Positions 8,769 to 17,402 of a stretch of 36,966 nt of DNA are shown here, piece by piece. Within the stretch, counting starts at the first letter, position 1. The number at the start of each line of letters is the position of its first letter. The DNA comes from an uncultured virus (IMG/VR IMGVR_UViG_3300027573_000022) (lineage: Duplodnaviria; Heunggongvirae; Uroviricota; Caudoviricetes). The notes below the pieces were generated by a model, which was not told where the DNA came from, searched no databases, and worked only from the letters and a program-made list of their open reading frames with translations. Both the position numbers and the translations under genes were made by a program. Location of the stretch: the IMG/VR virus record IMGVR_UViG_3300027573_000022; one strand, 5' to 3'.

Positions 8769-9487
8769 CACCCCTCCCAGACGACGTCGTCGGGCAGGCC
8801 GCGGAGCGGTGGCCACACGTGCTCGTTCAGCCACGCCCGGGCCAGGTGCACGGTGTGATCGGTGATGAACTCCGCAGCCTCCACCGCGTTGGCGACGTAC
8901 GTGTCGGCGAGGAACGCGGTGAGTGCGGTCGCCTCACCGGTGACGTCCACGGTGGGCCAGCCACCCGGCCCCTGGATGCGGGTGATGACCGCCGTGAAGC
9001 CGAGTTCACGCGCCTTGGTCACCCACCCGTCCGGATCGTCACCGGCGAGGTCCACACTCACGGTGTGGATGCTCCCATCAGGAAGAGAGGGCCCCTCCCA
9101 CAGTTCGCTTACCTTATCCTGGGAGGGAAGGATGTGGATGCTCTCCACCGTGACGACGTCATCCTCCACCTCCACGTGAATGAGCACCTGGGCGGGGTGC
9201 CGGAAGGTCATCTGCACGGGCGTGGCCCGCTCGTGTAGGGGCTTCTCTTGTGTGAGGCTGCTTTCCATCGTCTGGGTCTCCTTCTTTGAGGCGGCGCCCT
9301 GGTCGCCTAGGAACATCGAGTTGTGACGGCCACGCCACGCGCCGTTCTGATCACGGCAGTGACCGCTGTGTTCGGGCTCGCGCAGGCACAGCACGTACCT
9401 GCTGCCCGGGATTGGGAGCCACGCTTTCAGGCACCACGGTCCATCGGGTGCAGCCCAGGACGGCATGTCACCCATCATGTCGGTCAT
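8768..9487 (-). CDS. hypothetical protein
   Basis: 239-aa ORF abutting both neighbours; N-terminal C..C..H..H. Confidence 0.6.
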   Translation of the reverse strand: MTDMMGDMPSWAAPDGPWCLKAWLPIPGSRYVLCLREPEHSGHCRDQNGAWRGRHNSMFLGDQGAASKKETQTMESSLTQEKPLHERATPVQMTFRHPAQVLIHVEVEDDVVTVESIHILPSQDKVSELWEGPSLPDGSIHTVSVDLAGDDPDGWVTKARELGFTAVITRIQGPGGWPTVDVTGEATALTAFLADTYVANAVEAAEFITDHTVHLARAWLNEHVWPPLRGLPDDVVWEG

Positions 9488-9916
9488 TTAGAAGTCTCCC
9501 TCCGCTACCTGAAGGCATGTGAGCCCAAGCTCTTCACGCCACATCTTCACGACCTTGTTCCGGTCGTCGAGCACGAACGCGACGTCCCAGTACGGAAGCA
9601 CGGACCGCTCGACGAGTTCCCGCTTCACGACCTCATCCGGACGGGTGTCGCCGGCGGGTCGCATCAGGAGGTTGCTCCCGTCCGGGTGTAGGAACCCGGG
9701 CAGGTAGCGGTCGAGCCATCGTACGGTTCCCGGCTTACCGCGTCCCTCGTCCCGCCCACTGATGAACGTGATGAAGTAGACGGCGCGGTTGAGGTTCTTC
9801 ACCAGCTCGAGGACGTCCCACACGGGCATGTCCTCGAGGCAGGTCTCCTCCTCGTACGGACCGCGGTCACCCATGTCACATAGGGTCCCGTCGAGGTCAA
9901 CGAGCACGACCCTCAT
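9488..9916 (-). CDS. HAD-family phosphatase resembling the 3'-phosphatase domain of T4-type polynucleotide kinase
   Basis: DLDGTL, ISGR, LLMRPAGDTRPDEVVK, LDDR...MWR...CLQVAEGDF; no kinase P-loop domain. Confidence 0.88.
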   Translation of the reverse strand: MRVVLVDLDGTLCDMGDRGPYEEETCLEDMPVWDVLELVKNLNRAVYFITFISGRDEGRGKPGTVRWLDRYLPGFLHPDGSNLLMRPAGDTRPDEVVKRELVERSVLPYWDVAFVLDDRNKVVKMWREELGLTCLQVAEGDF

Positions 9917-10101
9917 CACTTCACCTCATTCACATAGGTGATCTCTTCATCACCGTCACGGGGATCACCGTACGCGTACATGGTGTGATCCTTATGCATC
10001 ATCTCATCATCGAAGAATGCGCGGGCTTCGTCGGCGGACTCTGCGCTGACGCGGTACACCCGCTTCACAAGTTCTTCGGTCTCGATCTCGTAGGTCTTCA
10101 C
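9916..10101 (-). CDS. hypothetical protein
   Basis: Coupled small acidic ORF. Confidence 0.6.
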   Translation of the reverse strand: MKTYEIETEELVKRVYRVSAESADEARAFFDDEMMHKDHTMYAYGDPRDGDEEITYVNEVK

Positions 10102-10304
10102 CGCGTCGCATCCAGTCCCAACGCTTGGAGGGCGTCGGTGGTGAAGAGCACGGGCTCGTTCGGCTCGGTGCGGCGGGCCAGTGACATCGCTAGGGCAAGT
10201 GTCTCACTTGCGTCATCAAGCCACCACGACTCGCCGGCGAGGTTCTCATCCTCGAGGATGAAGAACCCACCGTCCTCGTTGCGGAAGTGCGCGATCTTGA
10301 TCAC
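10098..10304 (-). CDS. hypothetical protein
   Basis: Coupled small ORF, SD GGAGG. Confidence 0.6.
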   Translation of the reverse strand: MIKIAHFRNEDGGFFILEDENLAGESWWLDDASETLALAMSLARRTEPNEPVLFTTDALQALGLDATR

Positions 10305-10750
10305 GTGACGATGCCTCCGTCATCGTAGGCGTTGAACACAGCGCAGACCCAGCCGCCCAGGTCATCGATGTCGGTGACGGTGGAGACGTGGAGCATGACC
10401 TCGCCCATGACGCGGTCGAACCACTCTTCCACCGCGTTCTTGGGACCGGTGATCATGTACACACCGGACCCCGACTCGTACCCGGCCTCGACGCGGGTCA
10501 AGCGAAGACGCCTATCCTCACCGGCTAGATCGAGTTCGTCCATCTTTCCCACCACCCTACCGTCACCGATGAGGGCGACGATCTCACGGCCGGATTGGCC
10601 CGTGATGCGAATCATTGGGGCACGCCCTTTGCGGGTGTTCGCGTTCCACTGCATCACCGCCATGACCTCCTCCTCACCGGCGTCCTCGTCGAAGATCATC
10701 AGGTCCCCGACCTTGACGTCACCGGCATTCGTTGCGACGTACGTTCCCAC
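10301..10750 (-). CDS. hypothetical protein
   Basis: GTG 10750 after GGAGG, overlapping upstream TAG. Confidence 0.6.
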   Translation of the reverse strand: MGTYVATNAGDVKVGDLMIFDEDAGEEEVMAVMQWNANTRKGRAPMIRITGQSGREIVALIGDGRVVGKMDELDLAGEDRRLRLTRVEAGYESGSGVYMITGPKNAVEEWFDRVMGEVMLHVSTVTDIDDLGGWVCAVFNAYDDGGIVT

Positions 10751-11277
10751 TACGCCTCCTCTTGCTTCATGCCCGTGAGGGCGACGATCGTGCGAGCGAG
10801 GTCCATCAGGCCGTTGGCCCCAGAGAAGCCCTCGCTGAACATGTTGCCGATGCACGTTCCGTAGGCGTCGTCGAAGTCCCACAGCGGTTGGGCTGCGTGC
10901 TCGTCGATGTCCTCGTCATCGGGGTTGGCCGCGACCTCCTCGAGGAACCGAACCGCGTTCACCGCGAGGGATGCGTCCTGGTCCATCACGAGACCCATGG
11001 GATCCATCTGATGCGCCTTCACGGCGAGGGCCAGGATCTCTTCGAGTTCGGTCACGGGGATCATGGCGACGAGGTCGCCGTCACGGTCACCCGGGTCGGT
11101 TCCGATCTCCACCGCACTCTCGGGCACGCCCAGGAAGGCGAGTTGCTCGGCGAAGTAGTGGCGGGTCGGGGTGGTGTGCACGGGGTCCGGAAGGCCATCC
11201 TCGCTCCCGTGCATCACCTTATCTACGTGTGACGCGTAGAACTCGGGGGTCATCTTGCTGGTGTATGTGGTCATCAT
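10750..11277 (-). CDS. acidic hypothetical protein
   Basis: 175-aa coupled ORF. Confidence 0.65.
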   Translation of the reverse strand: MMTTYTSKMTPEFYASHVDKVMHGSEDGLPDPVHTTPTRHYFAEQLAFLGVPESAVEIGTDPGDRDGDLVAMIPVTELEEILALAVKAHQMDPMGLVMDQDASLAVNAVRFLEEVAANPDDEDIDEHAAQPLWDFDDAYGTCIGNMFSEGFSGANGLMDLARTIVALTGMKQEEA

Positions 11278-11456
11278 GCCTCATCCTTTCCGAACGTGAC
11301 GGTGAAGGCACCTTCACTCGGGAACCCATCGTCCTCGTCGCGGAGCGCGCACAGGACGTCGGTAGCGACCTCGGCGATGAACGCCTCGTCGTCGAACGAA
11401 CCCTCCTTGCCGTCGGCCATCTCGAGTATGACGGCTACGAACTCTTGGATCGTCAC
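11274..11456 (-). CDS. small acidic hypothetical protein
   Basis: GTG 11456 overlaps the HicA-like stop. Confidence 0.55.
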   Translation of the reverse strand: MTIQEFVAVILEMADGKEGSFDDEAFIAEVATDVLCALRDEDDGFPSEGAFTVTFGKDEA

Positions 11457-11647
11457 AGGATCGCTCCATGCCTCTTGAGGTCGGCCTTGATGTTCTTCAA
11501 GGCTCGGTGGTCGGACGGGGTCACCGAGAACGTGACGGACTCGACGGTGGGGTCGGACGGGTACGCCCGGTAGTGCGAACCCTTGAGTTCGACTCTCCAC
11601 CCCTGGGTAAGAAGGGCCTTGATGATCGGCTTCAGGTCCTTCGTCAT
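11453..11647 (-). CDS. HicA-like (dsRBD-fold) protein
   Basis: 64 aa, basic; LLTQGWRVELKGSHY...TPSDHRALKNIKADLKR pattern of actinophage HicA-like proteins. Confidence 0.75.
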   Translation of the reverse strand: MTKDLKPIIKALLTQGWRVELKGSHYRAYPSDPTVESVTFSVTPSDHRALKNIKADLKRHGAIL

Positions 11648-11874
11648 CAGGCGACTTCCACGATCAGAGTGCCATCCTCGAGGAGGGCGTCGACGACCCG
11701 CAGGCCGGTCAGCTTGGCGACCACAAGGGCGATGCACTCGAGGGCGCGGGTTTCGTCGGCGCCGTCGAGGAGTCGAACCCCGTCGCGGGTATACGTGTCG
11801 GGGCCGTGGGCCTTGATCTCGGCCACAAGGTCGAGCGCCACGGTGGCTCCGGAGACTTCCGTTGTCTTGGTCAT
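11647..11874 (-). CDS. hypothetical protein, first gene of leaderless cassette P2
   Basis: ATG 6 nt after TATAAT. Confidence 0.75.
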   Translation of the reverse strand: MTKTTEVSGATVALDLVAEIKAHGPDTYTRDGVRLLDGADETRALECIALVVAKLTGLRVVDALLEDGTLIVEVA

Positions 11875-11909
11875 AAGTACATTATATCAAGTTGAGTCGA
11901 GATGTCAAC
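11875..11909 (-). promoter_or_regulatory. repeated sigma70-type promoter P2 (leaderless)
   Basis: G-TTGACA-TCTCGACTCAACTTGA-TATAAT-GTACTT-ATG. Confidence 0.9.
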
Positions 11910-11952
11910 GGTTTCCCGGGAAGATTCACGGAGAATCTGGGCATTTGAGGCG

Positions 11953-11968
11953 TGCTAGGGTCTCCGAC
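11953..11968 (+). promoter_or_regulatory. extended -10 promoter candidate (leaderless)
   Basis: TGC-TAGGGT-7 nt-ATG 11969. Confidence 0.55.
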
Positions 11969-12265
11969 ATGGCCGTCGACCTGTACCCCGTTCGCGCCCG
12001 TACCCCGGACGACCTGGAGGCGTTCGGTGGCCGCGACGTGAAACTGGTCACGTCCGGCACGGATGCGTGGATCTGCCTGAGCGATCCGCACCCCCAGGTC
12101 GTCGAGCAGTTGTCGAACGTGTGGGCCTCGCGGGTGCACGGACGGTGGGTGCTCGCGGACGTCGCGACGTCCCAGGTGCTGTTCGTGTTCGAGGAGGGGC
12201 AGGGTTGCGGATGTGGTGATCCTATGAAGCGGTGGGATCCCCGGCCGGCGCCGGTGCGCGAGTAG
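11969..12265 (+). CDS. small protein with GCGCG motif, possibly virion-associated
   Basis: MAVDLYPVRAR...QGCGCGDPMKRW; lone plus-strand gene behind a TANNNT element. Confidence 0.65.
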   Translation: MAVDLYPVRARTPDDLEAFGGRDVKLVTSGTDAWICLSDPHPQVVEQLSNVWASRVHGRWVLADVATSQVLFVFEEGQGCGCGDPMKRWDPRPAPVRE

Positions 12266-12563
12266 ATTCCTCACCCAGGTTGGTGGCGAGTGCGTGCTGC
12301 CACTTGCGGATCTCCTCGACCAGGAACGTCAGCTTCTCCCACGCCTCGTTGAAGTCCGTGCACTCCCCGCTAACGGTGAAGAGTTGCGACCCACGCGGGT
12401 ACTCAGCCATCACCACGAAGGTCTGCAGGAAGGGATCCTCGACGCCGGGTGTCACCTCACCGGTCAGCGTCTCCACCCAGAAGCGCGAGACGTCCCCGGC
12501 GCGGATGACACCCGACGGCTGGGAGCCGTCCTCGTCGTAGGTGCCGATCCACATGGTGATCAC
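12222..12563 (-). CDS. hypothetical protein
   Basis: 113-aa coupled ORF. Confidence 0.6.
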   Translation of the reverse strand: MITMWIGTYDEDGSQPSGVIRAGDVSRFWVETLTGEVTPGVEDPFLQTFVVMAEYPRGSQLFTVSGECTDFNEAWEKLTFLVEEIRKWQHALATNLGEESTRAPAPAGDPTAS

Positions 12564-12832
12564 AGTGCATCCATCCCCATTACCACGGCGACCTTCTTCA
12601 TCAACTCACCGAGCCGTGTCTGGGCGTAGTCACGTGCGTCTTCGTCGTTGCCGCCGTAGTCCTCAGGTACGACCCACAGGGTGATCCACCCACCACCCTC
12701 TAACTCGGCGATGACGCTCCAGTCCGGGTGATGTGAGTCTGGGTTGCCCGGCTCGGCGACGCGGAACTTCACCACCCGGGACAGCGGCACCCACTCGGTG
12801 CGGTCACTGTTAGCGACCCACGCGTCAATCAT
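12560..12832 (-). CDS. hypothetical protein
   Basis: MIDAWVAN after GGAGGAG; TGATG coupling. Confidence 0.6.
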   Translation of the reverse strand: MIDAWVANSDRTEWVPLSRVVKFRVAEPGNPDSHHPDWSVIAELEGGGWITLWVVPEDYGGNDEDARDYAQTRLGELMKKVAVVMGMDAL

Positions 12833-13308
12833 CAGCTCTCCTCCTCGGCGATCAGCCCACGTAGGTACACACACAGGTCGAGCGCCTCGTCATACGCGTC
12901 ACGCAGCATCGACCGTCCGTTGTTCGGGAACAGCAGCGTGCCGTACCGGCTGAGGCCGACGGCCTTGCGCCGTTCGATGTCGGCGATGACGAGGTCCTGC
13001 GCACTCACCGTTCCCGTGTTGGGCTCGGGCATTGGCTGGTCCTGCGGCTCGAAGTACTTGAGGAACACGTCGATGCGCCACTGACCCTGACTGTGTCCCT
13101 CACCGGTGTTCACGACGATGAACACCTGGTCGCCCTCGACCCGCTTCACCTCCACCGCGTAGAGGGTGAGGTCGTGTGTGTCTCCCTCGCCGTCATACAC
13201 CGGCAGGCGTACCCACGTCTCCCCCGGTTGGGGGAGACGATGGGCACTCCCTCCGTTAGGAAGCGACACGGCGCCGTGTGGCGGCGACCAGTCCGAGGCC
13301 GAGGCCAA
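12832..13308 (-). CDS. protein with C-terminal MazG-like all-alpha NTP pyrophosphatase domain (start uncertain)
   Basis: RKAVGLSRYGTLL..NNGRSMLRDAYDEALDLCVYL helical acidic motif. Confidence 0.55.
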   Translation of the reverse strand: MASASDWSPPHGAVSLPNGGSAHRLPQPGETWVRLPVYDGEGDTHDLTLYAVEVKRVEGDQVFIVVNTGEGHSQGQWRIDVFLKYFEPQDQPMPEPNTGTVSAQDLVIADIERRKAVGLSRYGTLLFPNNGRSMLRDAYDEALDLCVYLRGLIAEEES

Positions 13309-14041
13309 CGAGCATCATGCCCGTGCCCAGGTACACCTCATCCACGCCGGTGACCGGCAGCTCGGGTGGTGCGACCGGTGGGGCGGGTTCCGGCGTAGGC
13401 GCCGGAGTCGTCGGAACGGTCGCCGGCGTCGTCGTGGGTGGGGTGGTCGGGACGGTCGTCGCGATCGTCGTCGCGGTCGTTGTCGTCGTCGTACCCTCCT
13501 GCAGGCAGCAGATTCCGATGTTCCCCGTCGTCGTCGTGGAGATGGTCGTCGGCGTGGTCGGAACGGTCTGCGGGTTCGTGACCACGACCGTCGTCGTTGC
13601 GCACGGGCGACCGTTCTCATCTTCCTCGATGCACACCGTCGTCGTGGTTGTGCCGAGTGTCGTCGGCACCGTGAGCAGCGTGGTGCCTACCGAGGTTGGA
13701 GTCGTCGGCACGGTCGTTGTCATCGCCTTGCACAGGATGGCGTGGCTGATGTCCTTGCCGTCCGTGCGCGAGTACGCCTGCCCGACGACCGGGTTCGGGA
13801 ACTGTTCGTTCTCGCCGTCACCCGAGCCGGCCTTCAGCACGAGGAGCGTCCACGTGAAGCCGGCGGGTGGTGCGGGTACGACGAACGGTGTGTCCACCGG
13901 CTCGTACTTCACACCGCCGGCCGGGCACCAGTACTCGACCTGGTTGGGGTTAGGTGGAGGTGGGCCGTTCGCACCGGCGGCGATGGTGCCACCGCCGATG
14001 ATCGTAAGGGCGAGCGCGAGGCCCGCCAAGGTCTTCCTCAT
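13256..14041 (-). CDS. secreted Thr/Pro-rich LPxTG-anchored surface protein
   Basis: Signal peptide MRKTLAGLALALTIIGGGTIAAGA; Cys-containing small domain; Thr-rich stalk; LPVTG + hydrophobic helix + RRR tail. Confidence 0.85.
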   Translation of the reverse strand: MRKTLAGLALALTIIGGGTIAAGANGPPPPNPNQVEYWCPAGGVKYEPVDTPFVVPAPPAGFTWTLLVLKAGSGDGENEQFPNPVVGQAYSRTDGKDISHAILCKAMTTTVPTTPTSVGTTLLTVPTTLGTTTTTVCIEEDENGRPCATTTVVVTNPQTVPTTPTTISTTTTGNIGICCLQEGTTTTTTATTIATTVPTTPPTTTPATVPTTPAPTPEPAPPVAPPELPVTGVDEVYLGTGMMLVGLGLGLVAATRRRVAS

Positions 14042-14850
14042 TTAGGTTCTCCTTCGCTTGGCTCGCCGAACAGGAGCGGCGCCTCCTGCCGCATGATGCG
14101 GCGGACCTCGTTGAAGACGAGGATCATCTCCTCCTCGGCGGCCGGGTCCGTCCGCAGCCCGAAGGCCTCGGCCGGCTTGCCTATGAGGTGGTGAAGTGTG
14201 CGGGTGTTCGCCGACCATCCGATGGTCGTGCTCAACCCGAGCGGCGCGAACCGCCGCATGGCTGATGTGACCTGCTTCTTGTGATGGAAGGACACGTCAT
14301 CGTCGTCAAGGTGGTGAAGTAAAGCGATGTACCGCTGCAGCCACTCCATCTGACTGACGAGCTCGGTGATCGCGTCGTGAAGCTTGTGTGCGTCGCGTTC
14401 GCTCAGTCCGTTGAAGAGGATTGCCGGCAGGCGCATGCCCAGGTCATCGAGCCGCACGTAGCGCAGGCTCTCCTGACTGATGGCGACGCCGACGCGGTGC
14501 CGCACAAGCTCGTGTGTGAAGACGCGGGACACGTCCTCGAAGATGAACGACCACTGAGCGTGCTCGAGGACGGCGCCGTGTCCGGACTTGATGAGGTTGG
14601 CGAGGTACTCACCCGTGTCCTCACGGACCTTCGTGACGTTCGGGTTGAGTCCCACATCCCACGAGCGGTAGCACAGGCGACCCATCGCCTCGACGAGGAG
14701 TTCGGCGTCGTACCCACGGTACGGCTCGTCGTAGACCTCCACCCGATCGAGCCACCTCTCCCCACCGACGTCATTCACGTACTCGGCGAGCGCCTGCCAG
14801 TCGATGTCGGGACGCGCGACGAGGTGAACCTTAGGCGTCGTCTCCCTCAC
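14038..14850 (-). CDS. thyX: FAD-dependent thymidylate synthase
   Basis: GHGAVLEH, SRVFTHELVRHR...SQESLRY (RHRx7S motif). Confidence 0.95.
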   Translation of the reverse strand: MRETTPKVHLVARPDIDWQALAEYVNDVGGERWLDRVEVYDEPYRGYDAELLVEAMGRLCYRSWDVGLNPNVTKVREDTGEYLANLIKSGHGAVLEHAQWSFIFEDVSRVFTHELVRHRVGVAISQESLRYVRLDDLGMRLPAILFNGLSERDAHKLHDAITELVSQMEWLQRYIALLHHLDDDDVSFHHKKQVTSAMRRFAPLGLSTTIGWSANTRTLHHLIGKPAEAFGLRTDPAAEEEMILVFNEVRRIMRQEAPLLFGEPSEGEPK

Positions 14851-15041
14851 GGGGCATCGACCCAGTCGGGGACACCGTCGGAGTAGGTCACGTGCGCTTC
14901 ACATCCACTGCACTCCTTCATCAGATCGAAGGCCCGCTCAACCAGGTGGTCGGTCACGGCCTCGAGGTCGCCCGGGTCATCGGCGGCGAGCGTCACGGTC
15001 ACGGTGCGCCAGTGGCGCGGCTTGGTCTTGGTCTCAGGCAT
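14847..15041 (-). CDS. hypothetical protein
   Basis: Coupled small ORF. Confidence 0.55.
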   Translation of the reverse strand: MPETKTKPRHWRTVTVTLAADDPGDLEAVTDHLVERAFDLMKECSGCEAHVTYSDGVPDWVDAP

Positions 15042-15339
15042 TCGTTTCTCCATTCACGGTGATGCGGATCTGATCGGTGGACAGCCACTTGCCGTTCGGC
15101 GTGAGGGCCAGGCAGTCCCAGTCGAGAAGGTTGTACTTGACGAACTGCACCTCGTACCCGGACACGCGGCCGAAGGTGTTGCACTTGTTGCGGTCGATGT
15201 GTGCGCCGAAGACGGAGATGCAGAAGATGATCATGGCGATGAGTGCGAGGAGGCCTCCCACCATGAAGGTGATGAACCATCCCGTCTTCAGACCGGCGTA
15301 GTCGGTGAGGTTGTACCAGTGTTCGTCTGTGTCTGTCAC
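15034..15339 (-). CDS. single-pass membrane protein
   Basis: N-proximal TM helix, then a Cys-pair domain. Confidence 0.65.
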   Translation of the reverse strand: MTDTDEHWYNLTDYAGLKTGWFITFMVGGLLALIAMIIFCISVFGAHIDRNKCNTFGRVSGYEVQFVKYNLLDWDCLALTPNGKWLSTDQIRITVNGETNA

Positions 15340-15437
15340 CACTCGACTCCGTCCTTGAGGACCCACCACGTGAGGAGCCCAGCTCCCACCGCGAGGATCG
15401 CGATCACGATCACGGTCGTGATCGGTGACTCCAACAT
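15336..15437 (-). CDS. small membrane peptide
   Basis: MLESPITTVIVIAILAVGAGLLTWWVLKDGVEW; GTGA coupling downstream. Confidence 0.55.
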   Translation of the reverse strand: MLESPITTVIVIAILAVGAGLLTWWVLKDGVEW

Positions 15438-15445
15438 AGCACGTA

Positions 15446-15856
15446 TCACTTCTTCTTCCCCTTTCCTAAACGTGTCTTCTTCTTGGCCTTGGGCGACGGC
15501 GTGTTGCGCTCGGCGACCGCACCCGGCTCCTTCTCGACCGCGAGCAGAACGGCCCACACGCGGTGGTACACATCCTCCCGCTCGGGGCCGATCACCACGT
15601 TCACCTCCGACTTGAAGTTGCCGTAGGTGATGTCGAGCGCCTCGGTCCGAACGACCTCCGCCCACGCTCCACGCGGGACGATGATGCGGCACGGGTAGTC
15701 CGAGCCGACCGGCGTGTCGACGATCTCGGCGGTCAGACCGTGATTGCGGATCAGCCACTGCAGGTCGATGCGGCTGCGTGCACGGACGACCAGCAGGTCG
15801 GGATCGTCACGGTGTGCGACCGCCGAGTAGAACCCATCCTTCGTGAACAGCCACAT
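15446..15856 (-). CDS. conserved phage hypothetical protein
   Basis: MWLFTKDGFYSAV...VRAR...SDYPCR...ITYGNFK pattern; SD GGAGG. Confidence 0.75.
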   Translation of the reverse strand: MWLFTKDGFYSAVAHRDDPDLLVVRARSRIDLQWLIRNHGLTAEIVDTPVGSDYPCRIIVPRGAWAEVVRTEALDITYGNFKSEVNVVIGPEREDVYHRVWAVLLAVEKEPGAVAERNTPSPKAKKKTRLGKGKKK

Positions 15857-16287
15857 TAGAACTGCACCTCCTGCCTGATGAACTCCTCGTGAAGGGCGAC
15901 GAACGCCTCGGACCCCTCGAACCTGTACACCAGCTCGAGGTACACCCGCGCCCAGGTCTCGCCGTGGCGATCGCTGGGTGTCAAGATGTGTGCGACCTCG
16001 TGGCACAGGACCCGAAGGCTGACCGTGTCACCCGGGACCTCGATGTGTCCCATGTCCCCGCGCCTTGCGGCGACGCCGGCGCGACGTTGCGGTGCGTGCC
16101 GGTGGACCTCGACCCGGCGGGCGCGGAGGCCGCTCTCCCGCCGGCCGTGGAGTTCCTGCCACCAGTCGATCATCCGCCCGGCGGCGAAGGTCGCCGACTC
16201 ATCGTCGACCTGGATCTCCTCGCTCGGCTCGCGGCTGAGGCTTGCGCCCTCCGCCGCGTAGGCACGTTCCTGCTGGGTCAGGGTCAC
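15856..16287 (-). CDS. HEXXH metallohydrolase (Rv0185/TIGR04338- or SprT-like)
   Basis: VLCHEVAHIL...RHGETW; directly downstream of the DUF2786 gene. Confidence 0.75.
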   Translation of the reverse strand: MTLTQQERAYAAEGASLSREPSEEIQVDDESATFAAGRMIDWWQELHGRRESGLRARRVEVHRHAPQRRAGVAARRGDMGHIEVPGDTVSLRVLCHEVAHILTPSDRHGETWARVYLELVYRFEGSEAFVALHEEFIRQEVQF

Positions 16288-17066
16288 TTGCCCGACCCGA
16301 TCCCCTTGGGTCCCGCGTTGAAGCTGCGGGAGCCGCCGCCGACGTTCGCCTTCGAGCCGGCCGAGTGACCGGCGCCGTACGAGCTGCCCATCACCTTGCT
16401 TCCGCCGCGCAGCTTACCCAGCTTGCCGAACTTCTTGTCGATGAAGTCTTGGGTCGCCCTGCCCGCATCCTGAAGCACGAGGCTGACGCGGTCGTTGATG
16501 GCGGTCACGTCCTCACCGGACGCCGCGGCCGCCTCGGCGACGACGGTCTCCCGCGTTGCCTTCGCCGCGCTGCGGATCTGCGTCACGACGCCGGCACCCC
16601 ATCCCTCGACGTAGGTGCGACGCTCGACGAACTTCTCCCACGGGGTGAGGTAGGACGGGACGTCCTTGAACTGCTTCACCGCGAATGGGAGCTGCAAGTC
16701 GATGCTGGTGAGGGTCAGCTGGCACGCCTCGAGGTCGCGGCGAACGCCGCAGATCGTCACGAAGCCCTTGGGCTTGCTGCCCCACTTGCTGACGATGGGT
16801 TTGCACCCGAAGGCGCGAGCGACGTTGCAGATGAGGTTCATCCGCTCGTTCCCCCACGGGTTGTCAAACTTGTGCTCGAAGCACGTGATGTCTTCGGGCG
16901 CCGATCCCGCGTTGCGGATCATCGCCTCGGTGATCTGCTCCCGCGCCATCAGCTCGTAGGCCTTGGCACGGAACGCCTCACGTTCCGCCTCGGTGGCTCC
17001 GGCGTCCTCGGCGAGTGCGAGGAGCTTGCGCACCTTGTCGGTGTAGTCGGTCGGTGTGTCACTCAT
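16284..17066 (-). CDS. DUF2786-domain protein
   Basis: N-terminal DKVRKLLALAE...TEAEREAFRAKAYELM; Gly-rich C-terminal YGAGHSAG. Confidence 0.85.
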   Translation of the reverse strand: MSDTPTDYTDKVRKLLALAEDAGATEAEREAFRAKAYELMAREQITEAMIRNAGSAPEDITCFEHKFDNPWGNERMNLICNVARAFGCKPIVSKWGSKPKGFVTICGVRRDLEACQLTLTSIDLQLPFAVKQFKDVPSYLTPWEKFVERRTYVEGWGAGVVTQIRSAAKATRETVVAEAAAASGEDVTAINDRVSLVLQDAGRATQDFIDKKFGKLGKLRGGSKVMGSSYGAGHSAGSKANVGGGSRSFNAGPKGIGSGK

Positions 17067-17073
17067 CTTGGCT

Positions 17074-17274
17074 TCATACCTCCACGGTGTAGCGGCCGTT
17101 GCGGACATCCTCATCCTTGAGGAATGAGAAAGACCCGGGCCGCCAGCACACCGAGATGGCGCCGTTGGAGTGGACGCTTGCGATGCGGCCGCGAAGCTTG
17201 CCGACGATCGCGTTGTCGATGATCGTCCGGCCAACCAGCGGGTGGCTCTGAACGGGCTTCCTGGTCTCTGTCAT
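17074..17274 (-). CDS. hypothetical protein, first gene of leaderless cassette P3
   Basis: ATG 6 nt after TATAAT. Confidence 0.75.
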   Translation of the reverse strand: MTETRKPVQSHPLVGRTIIDNAIVGKLRGRIASVHSNGAISVCWRPGSFSFLKDEDVRNGRYTVEV

Positions 17275-17309
17275 AAGTACATTATATCAAGTACTCCGGC
17301 GATGTCAAC
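17275..17309 (-). promoter_or_regulatory. repeated sigma70-type promoter P3 (leaderless)
   Basis: G-TTGACA-TCGCCGGAGTACTTGA-TATAAT-GTACTT-ATG. Confidence 0.9.
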
Positions 17310-17359
17310 GCGAAACTGCCCGATCCGGGAGGGAATCTCGCCACATCGGGCCGGCCGGC

Positions 17360-17373
17360 GGTACGATCCGGCC
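17360..17373 (+). promoter_or_regulatory. -10 promoter candidate for tail tube operon
   Basis: TACGATCCGGCC, identical to the 12-mer at 27381; SD AAGGAGG at 17391. Confidence 0.6.
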
Positions 17374-17402
17374 CCAGGTACCTGCCAACGAAGGAGGCCC
17401 GC

